64,000 nt of DNA from contig JANPIN010000065.1 in NCBI GenBank assembly GCA_031425035.1, positions 651 through 64,650 on the forward strand, given 5' to 3'. Within the stretch, counting starts at the first letter, position 1, and every line of letters begins with the position of its first letter. This DNA is from Saprospirales bacterium. Lineage in GTDB: Bacteria; Bacteroidota; Bacteroidia; Chitinophagales; Saprospiraceae. Shown in pieces: positions 17,015 through 25,793 of this stretch. The notes beneath the pieces are model-generated. The model had not been told where the DNA came from and ran no database searches. It saw only the letters and a program-made list of their open reading frames with translations. The translations under genes were made by a program, and so were the position numbers.

Positions 17015-17626
17015 TTAGGCTGCCACCCTGTACCGTTGAATAATACCGATCAAGGGCTGGCCGGGCCGCAGGTTCCGAATACTGTGGATCGTGTTGGCTG
17101 GAATTTTCAAATATCCCCCGGGGCCAAGACGAATGGGTTCGCCCCCGATATTACAGGCGCATTCGCCTTCCAGCACCAGAAAACTCTCTTCAAATTCATC
17201 TGCTGCATGGCCATCTTCTTCCAGGAAATCGTCCAGCCAGGTCAGGTTTTGCAACAAATCGGGGCTGTTTCGCAAAATATAGAATTGCAGCCCTGCCTCG
17301 TGGTATTCCGGTTGCAGATCGCGCACGGTGGCCAGCCACTTGCGGTAATCGCTGTAAGGGGTTATCAGGGGCAGATTCTCCAGGCTCATTTCCTGTTCAA
17401 GTTGTAGTTGATGCAGGTTATCCAGGATGTTTTTCTTGCGCGCCTGCCGTTCGGGACTTGGCGTAGTCAGCTGTTGCAGCGTTCGTTCGGTACGGAAAAT
17501 CTCCACCCGTACAGCCGGAAATTTGCCGGCTATACGGTCTACTTCGCGTATTTCCTCCGTAGTCAATTGCCCCAGGCAGTAGGCTTCAATGACACCCGAT
17601 TCCAAATATGTTCGTACTTCTTCCAT
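17015..17626 (-). CDS. ChrR-like protein: anti-sigma-factor-type N-terminal helix plus C-terminal cupin
   Basis: The ORF is trimmed to the ATG at 17626 (MEEVRTYLESGVIEAYCLGQL). The C-terminal cupin reads FLVLEGECACNIGGEPIRLGPGGYLKIPANTIHSI. Confidence 0.7.
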   Translation of the reverse strand: MEEVRTYLESGVIEAYCLGQLTTEEIREVDRIAGKFPAVRVEIFRTERTLQQLTTPSPERQARKKNILDNLHQLQLEQEMSLENLPLITPYSDYRKWLATVRDLQPEYHEAGLQFYILRNSPDLLQNLTWLDDFLEEDGHAADEFEESFLVLEGECACNIGGEPIRLGPGGYLKIPANTIHSIRNLRPGQPLIGIIQRYRVAA

Positions 17627-17769
17627 TATCAATAATGCTAGCCCATAACGGCCATAACTCAATTCAAATGCAATTTCATGGTGCAATTTTAACGCCAGTA
17701 ACAAATCCTGTTCTCCCAGGAGTTGGGGTCCGGATGCTGCCTGGTTGCAATTGTTGGCATTGCCTGTCC

Positions 17770-17958
17770 AACTTTAACTACTGCAAAGATAGTTTCTGCG
17801 TACGGAAACATGGAATAAACGACGACCTTCCATGCTGCTATCCCAAATTCCAAGACGGATATTCAACACATCGTCGCGGAAGGCGATATGGTGATCGTTC
17901 ACTCCGTTTTCACGGGCACCAACACCGGCGAGTTTATGGGTGCCGCGGCCAGCACATC
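17770..17958 (+). pseudogene. remnant of a SnoaL-like ester cyclase gene
   Basis: The frame from 17825 reads TFHAAIPNSKTDIQHIVAEGDMVIVHSVFTGTNTGEFMGAAAST, the ester-cyclase core pattern. There is an in-frame TAA at 16-18 of the 178xx line (17816-17818), no N-terminus, and similarity ends at the 3' end of the T9SS gene (17959). Confidence 0.45.
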
Positions 17959-20493
17959 TTACTGCCGGATCAGTTTCCGGACTATTGTCAGGTGCTGGCT
18001 ACTGATTTCTATAAAATACATGCCGACCGGCCAGGTTTCCGCCGGTATAATCCATTGATAAGCGCCGGCTGATAAATGACTGCCAGGCAGCACTTTACTC
18101 ACCAGCTGGCCCAGTCCATCATACACGTTTATCTGCATGTCACCCGCCTGTGCCAGTTGCATCCGCAGTTCAAAGAAGCCATGTCCCGGGTTCGGGCTGA
18201 TCTCCACTAAGGGTCCTATTGGCAGGAGCAAAGTCGCTCCGGATACTATTGGCGGTTCGATGGTGCGCTGTACCGTATTGGTCAGCACCGGCGAGTTATA
18301 ATCGAAGTAGATGGCTGCGCGGTTCGAGATGGTAGTGAGTGGCAACAGGCCCGGGCGCATTTTAACCTGGAAACGAATGAAACCATGCGAGGCAGCTTCA
18401 TTAGCCGTGGAGTCCGGCAGCAGGATGTGGTCGAAAATGAATTTCAGCGAGCCGTTTTCCTGAAATTCAAGGCGGTAGGGGTGGCTGGCAATTTCCGGCC
18501 GGACGGAAAAAGGATCGAGATCGGCAGAAAGCGTATCCCGGATAATGACGGTAAAAGCGGTGTCATTGCCCGTATTTTGAAAACGGATCAGGTAAACAAG
18601 TGCAGTATCCGCCGGTATATAGTGAAACTCGCCCCGGCCAAGCGGTTCCGCAGTTTTATCATTGGGATCGTAGGAGTTCCGTACGTCCAGGCAGCGTTCC
18701 TGGGCAAACTGAAACTCGGTCGAATCCACGGGTTCCGGGCTGGTACAAATGGTGTTTGGAAAAATTTCGGCCTGCAGGCAAAGTACATCTCCGATCTGTA
18801 ATGCACAGTCTCCTTCGATCGTGATGGGTATTTGACCGGAGCCGCCAACCGGCACCATGCCCAGGTCCAGCAAATACTGGTTACTGCCGATAGCCTGCAT
18901 GGGCAACTGGGAACTCACCAGTTCTGCATTTGCCGGCAGCGTCAGGATAATGGCCACACTATCAGCCAGGGCCGTACCGGCATTTTGCCAGCGTAGCTGA
19001 ACCACGGCGGTCGAGCAGGGCCGAATACGGTTGGCTTCCAGGTCGACGCGCATTTGCGGACAGAGGATGGTCGGGCGGAAGGGAAAATACACCGTGTCGG
19101 TCGTGTAAGCATCCGGGAAATAACCGCTCAGGCTGTCCACACACGGCGTCCAGTAGGCCCCGGGTGGCTGGCTGAATTTCAGGGTATAGCTGCCCATGTC
19201 CGAGAGGAGATCAAAGTGCCCGTCCGGATCCGTTTGGACGGTATATTTGGAATAATTATTATTAAAATACGTAATCAAATTGGCGATACCCATTTCTGCG
19301 CTATCCCGAAGGCAGTTGGCATTGAGGTCGGCGAACACGTACCCGGATATTTTATTATTAAAAATACTGCCATCCGCATTGATTTTTGCTGCAAAAAAAT
19401 CGCTGTTATAATCGACGACGAGGTTGCCCAGAGCACCCACCGCTATATAGCCACCTTCGGTTAATGCAGCCACATCATACCAGTGTTCCAGTTCTCTAAT
19501 AACATGGAACCGGCTCCAGAGCAGATTTCCTCCCTGGTCAATAGTCGCTATGGCCAGTAGATTGTTGCCCGAACCCGTAGAATAGTTCCCGCATAGGACA
19601 TAGCCGGTATTGGTCGGATGCATTGCCAATGGTGTAAAAGAAATATCAATCTTTTTACTCCATAAAAAATGGCCCATCGCATCAAATCGATAAAATGTCT
19701 TCGACTCATTCTTTAAAACAGAAAATCCCTCTGCATTATTTACAATAGGTATTTGCACGTCAACACTGGATTCGAAAGTACCACTGGTGGGTACCCAGTT
19801 CGATTCCAGCAGATCGCCGGTCTCATTGAGCAATAAAAAACCAAACTCGTAGTGTAAAATGCTGCCAATATAACCGGAGCGTGTAGCAAGCAATAAATAG
19901 CGGTTTCCACTGACCGGGCAAATACGCCAGCCCTTGATGTTTTTCGTAGAGTCATGTAGCTCTTTTATCCAACCGGTCTGACCATTGATAAATGTCTTTT
20001 GGAGGTATAACTTCGTTTCATCCGGATTTATGTGCGTGCCAACCACCAACGCGGCTGAATCCGGCGTCAGCAGGGCATCATTTACTTGGTAATTATTGTT
20101 GTTTTGACCATAAATGACGCCGCTATAAAATGTATTGCCAGCAGGGTCATTTAACTGATAGTAATTGCTGGTATTATAAGTCGACCAGCTGGTCCACTGG
20201 ATGGTGCGGGTCAGAAAAGTAAAACCGAAGTCATGTTTTATATAATGATCTATATCCGGATTCTGGTTGATGGTACTTACTTGTTTGGCGATCAGCAGTT
20301 GACCACTGTGATCAAATTGTTTCCAGACGATGAGACCGGCAGAATCACCCACGCAAACCACGGTGGAATCCGTGTCGTTCCAGATAAGTTTTAACTCTTC
20401 ACTTGTTGTGGAATTACCTGCTTGCCAAATCCAGCCCTGGGCCGGCAGTTGGCAGACAGTAAACAGCAGTAAAAGCAGGGAAAAGTGTTTCAT
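17959..20493 (-). CDS. large secreted protein with T9SS C-terminal sorting domain
   Basis: 844 aa. It has a signal peptide (MKHFSLLLLLFTVCQLPAQ), a repeat-rich N-terminal half, the SYDPNDK...FQNTGNDTA...DxxLDxxS module common in Bacteroidota surface proteins, and the C-terminal ISPNPGHGFF...GMYFIEI...RKLIRQ. Confidence 0.85.
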   Translation of the reverse strand: MKHFSLLLLLFTVCQLPAQGWIWQAGNSTTSEELKLIWNDTDSTVVCVGDSAGLIVWKQFDHSGQLLIAKQVSTINQNPDIDHYIKHDFGFTFLTRTIQWTSWSTYNTSNYYQLNDPAGNTFYSGVIYGQNNNNYQVNDALLTPDSAALVVGTHINPDETKLYLQKTFINGQTGWIKELHDSTKNIKGWRICPVSGNRYLLLATRSGYIGSILHYEFGFLLLNETGDLLESNWVPTSGTFESSVDVQIPIVNNAEGFSVLKNESKTFYRFDAMGHFLWSKKIDISFTPLAMHPTNTGYVLCGNYSTGSGNNLLAIATIDQGGNLLWSRFHVIRELEHWYDVAALTEGGYIAVGALGNLVVDYNSDFFAAKINADGSIFNNKISGYVFADLNANCLRDSAEMGIANLITYFNNNYSKYTVQTDPDGHFDLLSDMGSYTLKFSQPPGAYWTPCVDSLSGYFPDAYTTDTVYFPFRPTILCPQMRVDLEANRIRPCSTAVVQLRWQNAGTALADSVAIILTLPANAELVSSQLPMQAIGSNQYLLDLGMVPVGGSGQIPITIEGDCALQIGDVLCLQAEIFPNTICTSPEPVDSTEFQFAQERCLDVRNSYDPNDKTAEPLGRGEFHYIPADTALVYLIRFQNTGNDTAFTVIIRDTLSADLDPFSVRPEIASHPYRLEFQENGSLKFIFDHILLPDSTANEAASHGFIRFQVKMRPGLLPLTTISNRAAIYFDYNSPVLTNTVQRTIEPPIVSGATLLLPIGPLVEISPNPGHGFFELRMQLAQAGDMQINVYDGLGQLVSKVLPGSHLSAGAYQWIIPAETWPVGMYFIEISSQHLTIVRKLIRQ

Positions 20494-20577
20494 CGGCTTG
20501 GCTTGTCATGTTTTTGAAAGAAACGGAGGGCAGCCTAAAGATAAGGGAATGGGCAGGATTTCAGCGTCGTTGCAGGG

Positions 20578-21864
20578 TCACTTACTGTTCCGATTGCAGT
20601 GGTCTGCCTTTTTACGTGGCCGCGGCTCCGTATTCTTCCGCGCCATCCATTCCACGGTCAGCCCCTGCACAATGATGGAAAATAACACCACGAAGTATGT
20701 GATAAAAACGATGGGCGCTTTGACCGGCAAATTCGGAATGGACAGCGCCATGGCCAGGGACAAACCGCCCTTTAAACCGCTCCAGACGACAATGTTCTGC
20801 TCCCCGCGGCTGGTACCGATGCTTTTTCGAAAAATAGCCGAAAGGAAACGCACCGTAACCAGCCGGGACAGCAGCACGACCAAAAGAGCGGTCACCCCCA
20901 GTACGAACAGCGGTCCGCTATACTCCAGTCCGATCAGTCGCAGTCCGATCATCAGAAACAGCAGGGCGTTCAGCGTCATATCTACCATTTCCCAGAACTT
21001 GTCCATATACTCCTGGGTGGTGGCGCTCATGGATTTTTCCCGCGCGCTTTTGCTCCCGGTGATCAGGCCGGCCACCACCATCGCCAGTGGCCCGGAAATG
21101 TGCAGCCAGTCCGCCAGCCAGTAACCGCCCATCACCGCCGCCAGGGTGATCAGGATCTCGGTTTCATAGTCATCGATGGAACGAAGCAGTAAAAAAGCCC
21201 CGTAACCCAGCAACGCGCCGAATAACATGCCACCTACGGCCTCCTGCACAAACAACAGCAACATGCCACCCAGTGTAAAGGAGGCCGCCCCTTTCTCCAC
21301 GATTTCCAGAATGGTGAGGAAAATCACGATCCCAACCCCGTCATTGAACAGGGACTCGCCGATAATATGAGTTTTAATCCGTCCCGGCACCTTCGTCCGA
21401 TTCAAAATACCCAGCACCGCAATGGGATCGGTCGGGGCGATCAGCGCACCAAAAAGGAGGCAGTAAATCAGGTCCATGGGCATGCCCAGCCAGCTGGCGC
21501 CAACGTACAGCAGTCCGGCGCCCGCCAGGGTGGTCAGCACCGTTCCCACCACCGCCAGTATGCCAATGGCCCGGGCTTCGCGCCGGATGGCATTGGTATC
21601 TGCATGGAAAGAACCTGCGAACAGCATGAACGAGAGCATGACCTCGAACACAGTTTTGCTGAAATCGAGCTGGCTCAGGGCATTCGCAAAGTTCATCGCT
21701 GACTTTACCTGAAAAACGTGCGTACCCAGCCAGACCAGCGTAGATAAACCAAGCGACAGGATCAACAGGCCGATCACGTTGGGCAGGCGGATGTACCGGT
21801 GGTTAATATAAGCCAGGGCCGCGCAAAGCACGATGAGCAGGCTGATGAGCTGGAAGGTTTCCAT
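20578..21864 (-). CDS. Na+/H+ (cation:proton) antiporter, CPA1/NhaP-type
   Basis: 428 aa with about 12 TM spans. FGALIAPTDPIAVL and ESLFNDGVGIVIF are typical CPA1 motifs. Confidence 0.9.
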   Translation of the reverse strand: METFQLISLLIVLCAALAYINHRYIRLPNVIGLLILSLGLSTLVWLGTHVFQVKSAMNFANALSQLDFSKTVFEVMLSFMLFAGSFHADTNAIRREARAIGILAVVGTVLTTLAGAGLLYVGASWLGMPMDLIYCLLFGALIAPTDPIAVLGILNRTKVPGRIKTHIIGESLFNDGVGIVIFLTILEIVEKGAASFTLGGMLLLFVQEAVGGMLFGALLGYGAFLLLRSIDDYETEILITLAAVMGGYWLADWLHISGPLAMVVAGLITGSKSAREKSMSATTQEYMDKFWEMVDMTLNALLFLMIGLRLIGLEYSGPLFVLGVTALLVVLLSRLVTVRFLSAIFRKSIGTSRGEQNIVVWSGLKGGLSLAMALSIPNLPVKAPIVFITYFVVLFSIIVQGLTVEWMARKNTEPRPRKKADHCNRNSK

Positions 21865-22132
21865 ACTGGATTTTTGATTTGGCGGATTACGAATTTAATA
21901 CTGCGCGCTAATATCGCGTTTTGTGGCGTAAACCAGGCGATCACAGGTGAATTCTTGCCCTTCGCCAAGGACGCATGACCATCAGTTTTCAAAGTGATCC
22001 AGGTCATTGTCCGACCCACCAAAAACCATCGAATTTTGATGCATGGTTAACCCAGGTTGAATTTTGAGCGAAGCCTGAAAGAACGCTTTTAGACATATTT
22101 TAACCAGTATAAAAAAACGCCTTGGAAATTAA

Positions 22133-23230
22133 ATGCTAAAAATCCTATTCATACTGCTTTTAACCCTGCATGGATTCATTCACCTGATGGGTTTTACCAA
22201 GGCTTTTAACCTGGCCCCAATCGGTCAGCTAACGCAGGGTATTTCCAGGAATACCGGACTGTTATGGTTATTCGTTACCGTTTTATTTATCGGCAGCGCG
22301 CTTCTGTTTATTTGGAATAAAAGTATTTGGTGGGCTCCGGCTGTATTTGCCCTAATGCTTTCGCAAATACTGATTTTCCTAAGCTGGCAGGACGCTAAAT
22401 ACGGGACCGTGGCCAACGCTTTAATATTAATCGCCGCTATTGTCGGTTATGGGACCTGGAATTTTAATAATCGCTATGTAGATAAAGTAAAAACGGGCCT
22501 GGCGCAGACGACCGCTATACCGGATTCCTTACTTACCGAAGCCGATCTGCAGCCCTTGCCGGAACCGGTAAAAAACTACCTGCGTTATAGCGGGGCGGTA
22601 AACAGACCGAAAGTGCGTAATTTTAAAGTGGAATTTACCGGTCAGATCAGGCAGGACGAACAATCGCCCTGGATGCCGTTTACCTCCGAACAGTATAATT
22701 TTATGCCCGGCAGTACCCGCCTGTTCTTTATGAAAGCGACCATGAAACACCTGCCGGTTGCCGGTTTTCACTGTTTTGAAAACGGGAATGCCTACATGGA
22801 TATTCGGCTTTTATCCCTTTTTCAAGTACAATACCAAACCGGTAAAGAAATGGGTATAGCCGAAACCGTCACTTTCTTCAACGATATGTGCTGTATGGCG
22901 CCCGCTACATTGATTGATCCACGCATAAAATGGCTGGAAGTAAACGGCAATCAAGTCCGGGCTTCATTTACCAATAACGGAATTACTATATCAGCCTGGT
23001 TATATTTTAATGAGCAGGGACAACTGGATAATTTTATTTCTAATGATCGTTTTGCCGCGTCCGATAAGGGTATGCAGCAAATACCCTGGTCCACGCCATT
23101 GAAAGAGTATATGTCTTTCGATGGGCGCCAGCTTCCGGGTTATGCCGAAGTTATATATAATTACCCGGATCATGAATTATGTTATGGTAATTTCCGCCTG
23201 AAGAAAGTGACCTACAATTGTAAATCATAG
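22133..23230 (+). CDS. membrane-anchored hypothetical protein (DUF6544-like, tentative)
   Basis: 365 aa. It has four N-terminal TM helices and then a soluble domain (LPEPVKNYLRYSG..., FTGQIRQDE..W.PF.SEQYNF). The gene is low in GC: 23 of 60 in line 22141. Confidence 0.65.
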   Translation: MLKILFILLLTLHGFIHLMGFTKAFNLAPIGQLTQGISRNTGLLWLFVTVLFIGSALLFIWNKSIWWAPAVFALMLSQILIFLSWQDAKYGTVANALILIAAIVGYGTWNFNNRYVDKVKTGLAQTTAIPDSLLTEADLQPLPEPVKNYLRYSGAVNRPKVRNFKVEFTGQIRQDEQSPWMPFTSEQYNFMPGSTRLFFMKATMKHLPVAGFHCFENGNAYMDIRLLSLFQVQYQTGKEMGIAETVTFFNDMCCMAPATLIDPRIKWLEVNGNQVRASFTNNGITISAWLYFNEQGQLDNFISNDRFAASDKGMQQIPWSTPLKEYMSFDGRQLPGYAEVIYNYPDHELCYGNFRLKKVTYNCKS

Positions 23231-23239
23231 TCAGGCCCT

Positions 23240-23554
23240 TTACATCAGCCCGAACATCTTGGCATACTTCATCATTTCGCCAGGGTTGCTGATCTTCAGC
23301 TTGCCGGTCATCATGGCCATCATCGGATTCAGGTCGCCGGCAATGAGTTTGGAGAAATTAGCGGCGCTGGTACTCACCTTACAGCTTGGGTCGCCGCTGA
23401 GCCCTTCGCTCACGTCCATCTTGCCGTCCTGTAGTTGTATGGTGTACTGACCGGAGTCGGCAATATCGAAGTGGAACAGGGTGGATACCCCTTCCACGGC
23501 TTCGGGGCGTACTTTTTCCGGCAGTGCGAAAAGAAATTCTTTAACGTCGATCAT
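23240..23554 (-). CDS. SCP2 sterol-binding domain protein
   Basis: The ORF is trimmed to the ATG at 23554 (MIDVKEFLFALPEK). It carries ..ANFSKLIAGDLNPMMAMMTGKLKISNPGEMMKYAKMF, the SCP2 C-terminal signature. Confidence 0.8.
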   Translation of the reverse strand: MIDVKEFLFALPEKVRPEAVEGVSTLFHFDIADSGQYTIQLQDGKMDVSEGLSGDPSCKVSTSAANFSKLIAGDLNPMMAMMTGKLKISNPGEMMKYAKMFGLM

Positions 23555-23667
23555 GGTTGTGTTGGTTAGGAAAGGTAAAAATAGTGGAACTGCATGGTTA
23601 TAAGAAAGTTCATCCTGGCTTAACCCCGGAGGCCTTACTTTCGCCCAAAGGTAAATTCGCAATTGAA

Positions 23668-24603
23668 ATGACCGTGCAAAAACTTTTCCTTCCGTTCCTT
23701 TGGCTGATGTTCGCCGCTCTTCCATTTTTCGCCTGTAAATACGCGCTCAAAAACGAGCCGATCACCCCCAAAGCTGCCTTCGACTGGCAAGGTCACCGCG
23801 GCTTTCGGGGTCATTGGCCGGAAAACACCGTCGAAGCTTTCCTGTATGCCGCCGAAATTCCCGAGGTGGTTACGCTGGAACTCGATCTGGCCGTTTCGAA
23901 AGATAAACAATTGATCGTCAGTCATGAACCCTGGTTCAACCACGTCATCTGCCGGAAACATAATGGCGATACGCTGACCGCCGCCGACTCGGTGCACTAC
24001 CTGCTCTATGACCTGACGGCCGATGAAATCAAAAAGTGGGACTGCGGTTCGCGTGGCAATCCCCGTTTTCCGCAGCAGCAAAAGATCTGGACGCATAAAC
24101 CCACTTTCCGCGAAGCCGTTTTCGCCGTACGCAAGGCCAATCAGGCCCATACCCTGCGCTGGAACGTGGAAATAAAATCCGCACCGGCCTGGGATGGCGT
24201 CCGCACCCCCCCGGTGGCGGAATTCGCGCAACTGGTGGTCGAGGAACTGAAATTTCTGCGCATCGAAGACCAGGTGACGGTGCAGTCCTTCGACGTGCGT
24301 GCCCTGCAGGCGGTCAAGAAATTGAACCCAAAGTTAAAACTCGCCCTGCTCATCGAAAACGTCAATAGCCTGGACAGCAACCTGAAAAAACTGGGTTTCG
24401 TGCCGGATGTTTATAGTCCGTACTACCAACTGGTGTCCGCCAAACTGGTGGAAAACTGCCATAAACAACACATTCAAGTCATTCCCTGGACGGTCAACAC
24501 GGTAGCCGACATGCGCGGCCTGATCCGGCTCGGCGTGGACGGCATTATCACGGACTACCCGAATTTGATCAAAGAAGTGGATCCAAAGGTGGAGAAGGAT
24601 TAA
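23668..24603 (+). CDS. glycerophosphodiester phosphodiesterase family lipoprotein
   Basis: The ORF is trimmed to the ATG at 23668, giving the lipoprotein-like signal ..ALPFFACKY. WQGHRGFRGHWPENT, LELDLAVSKD and VSHEP are GDPD motifs. Confidence 0.85.
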   Translation: MTVQKLFLPFLWLMFAALPFFACKYALKNEPITPKAAFDWQGHRGFRGHWPENTVEAFLYAAEIPEVVTLELDLAVSKDKQLIVSHEPWFNHVICRKHNGDTLTAADSVHYLLYDLTADEIKKWDCGSRGNPRFPQQQKIWTHKPTFREAVFAVRKANQAHTLRWNVEIKSAPAWDGVRTPPVAEFAQLVVEELKFLRIEDQVTVQSFDVRALQAVKKLNPKLKLALLIENVNSLDSNLKKLGFVPDVYSPYYQLVSAKLVENCHKQHIQVIPWTVNTVADMRGLIRLGVDGIITDYPNLIKEVDPKVEKD

Positions 24604-24657
24604 GTGGGAGGTTTGTTGGTTTGCTGGTTTGCTGGTTTGGGAGGTTTGTTGGGTGGG
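24604..24657. repeat. G/T-rich tandem tract (GGTTTGCT/GGTTTGTT units)
   Basis: The tract reads gtgggaggtttgttggtttgctggtttgctggtttgggaggtttgttgggtgggt and starts right after the stop at 24603. Confidence 0.8.
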
Positions 24658-24716
24658 TAATCTGATGGCCTGACGAAACTATTTGCAGAAATGAATCTTG
24701 TAGTGACTGCCCCCTC

Positions 24717-24790
24717 TTATTATCAACCTCATCAACCTCATCAACCCCTATCAACCCTTATCAACCTCATCAACCCTTATCAACCCCCTA
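24717..24790. repeat. C/A-rich tandem tract (TCAACCYYA, about 7 units), quasi-complementary to 24604-24657
   Basis: It reads tcaacctca tcaacctca tcaaccccta tcaaccctta tcaacctca tcaaccctta tcaaccccct and ends 3 nt before the ATG at 24794. Confidence 0.8.
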
Positions 24791-24793
24791 CAA

Positions 24794-25771
24794 ATGCCCA
24801 CATACGACCTGCTCATCATCGGTGGCGGCCCCATTGGTCTGGCCTGCGGGTTGGAAGCCGAAAAAGCCGGCCTGCGCTACGTAATCCTCGAAAAAGGCAC
24901 ATTGGTCAATTCCCTGTATCATTACCCGGCCAACATGACTTTTTTCTCTACCTCCGACCGGCTGGAGATCGGCGAAGTGCCTTTCGTAAGCAACAATGCC
25001 AAGCCCACCCGCATGGAAGCGCTCGAATACTACCGCCGGGTAGCCGAGTCGAAACATCTGCACGTGCGGCTGTTCGAGGAAGTGCAACAGGTGGAAAAAG
25101 AAGCGGGCGGTTATCAGGTGACAACCACCAAAGATACTTACCACACGGCGAATATTGCCCTGGCCACCGGTTTCTACGATCTGCCCGTCCGGCTCGACAT
25201 TCCCGGAGAAGACCTGCCCAAAGTGACGCACTACTACGCCGAACCGCACTTTTACTACCGGCAAAAAGTGGTGGTGGTCGGCGCCAACAACTCCGCCGTG
25301 GACGCCGCGTTGGAAACCTGGCGCAAAGGCGCCGAAGTCACCATGGTCATCCGCAGCGCCGAAATCGGACAGCGGGTGAAATACTGGGCACGTCCCGATA
25401 TCGTCAACCGCATCGAAGAAGGGAGTATCAAGGCTTACTTCGAATCAAGCCTGCACGCAGTATGGCCCCTGGAAGTGGATATTATGACGCCGGAAGGACT
25501 GGTCACTATTCCCAATGACTTCGTGATTGCGGCCACCGGTTACCAACCCAACTTTGCGCTCCTGCGAAAAATCGGCATCCAATTATCCGACGACGATAAA
25601 CTTTATCCACAGTATAACCAGGCCACCCAGGAAAGCAACCTGCCCGGCATTTACCTGGCCGGGGTGGTCTGCGGCGGCATGGACACCCACGTCTGGTTCA
25701 TCGAAAATTCGCGGGAACACGCCCGGGTGCTGGTGCAGGACGTCGTACGGCGGGTGTCTAGTCTAAACTGA
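24794..25771 (+). CDS. ypdA: YpdA-family FAD/NAD(P)-binding oxidoreductase (putative bacillithiol disulfide reductase)
   Basis: 325 aa. DLLIIGGGPIGLACG, YHYPANMTFFST and a second Rossmann motif, VVVVGANNSAVDAA, fit the YpdA pattern as I recall it. Confidence 0.8.
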   Translation: MPTYDLLIIGGGPIGLACGLEAEKAGLRYVILEKGTLVNSLYHYPANMTFFSTSDRLEIGEVPFVSNNAKPTRMEALEYYRRVAESKHLHVRLFEEVQQVEKEAGGYQVTTTKDTYHTANIALATGFYDLPVRLDIPGEDLPKVTHYYAEPHFYYRQKVVVVGANNSAVDAALETWRKGAEVTMVIRSAEIGQRVKYWARPDIVNRIEEGSIKAYFESSLHAVWPLEVDIMTPEGLVTIPNDFVIAATGYQPNFALLRKIGIQLSDDDKLYPQYNQATQESNLPGIYLAGVVCGGMDTHVWFIENSREHARVLVQDVVRRVSSLN

Positions 25772-25793
25772 GAGTCTCACTACCTTTGCCTTC

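Noticed and set aside
17608-18072. 154-aa plus-strand ORF spanning the ChrR-like start, the pseudogene region and the T9SS 3' end
   Set aside because: Its translation has no motifs and overlaps two supported genes. The ester-cyclase-like similarity lies in a different frame.
24691-25518. 275-aa ORF starting in the C/A-rich repeat (MNLVVTAPSYYQPHQPHQPL...)
   Set aside because: It is out of frame with the well-supported YpdA-like gene that it overlaps, and its N-terminus is just the translated microsatellite.
25781-25788. Exact TAccTTTG box 5 nt upstream of the ATG at 25794 (leaderless promoter for the reductase gene)
   Set aside because: The gene starts only 22 nt after the ypdA-like stop, so simple co-transcription is more parsimonious. 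A single 8-mer hit is expected by chance about twice in this window.
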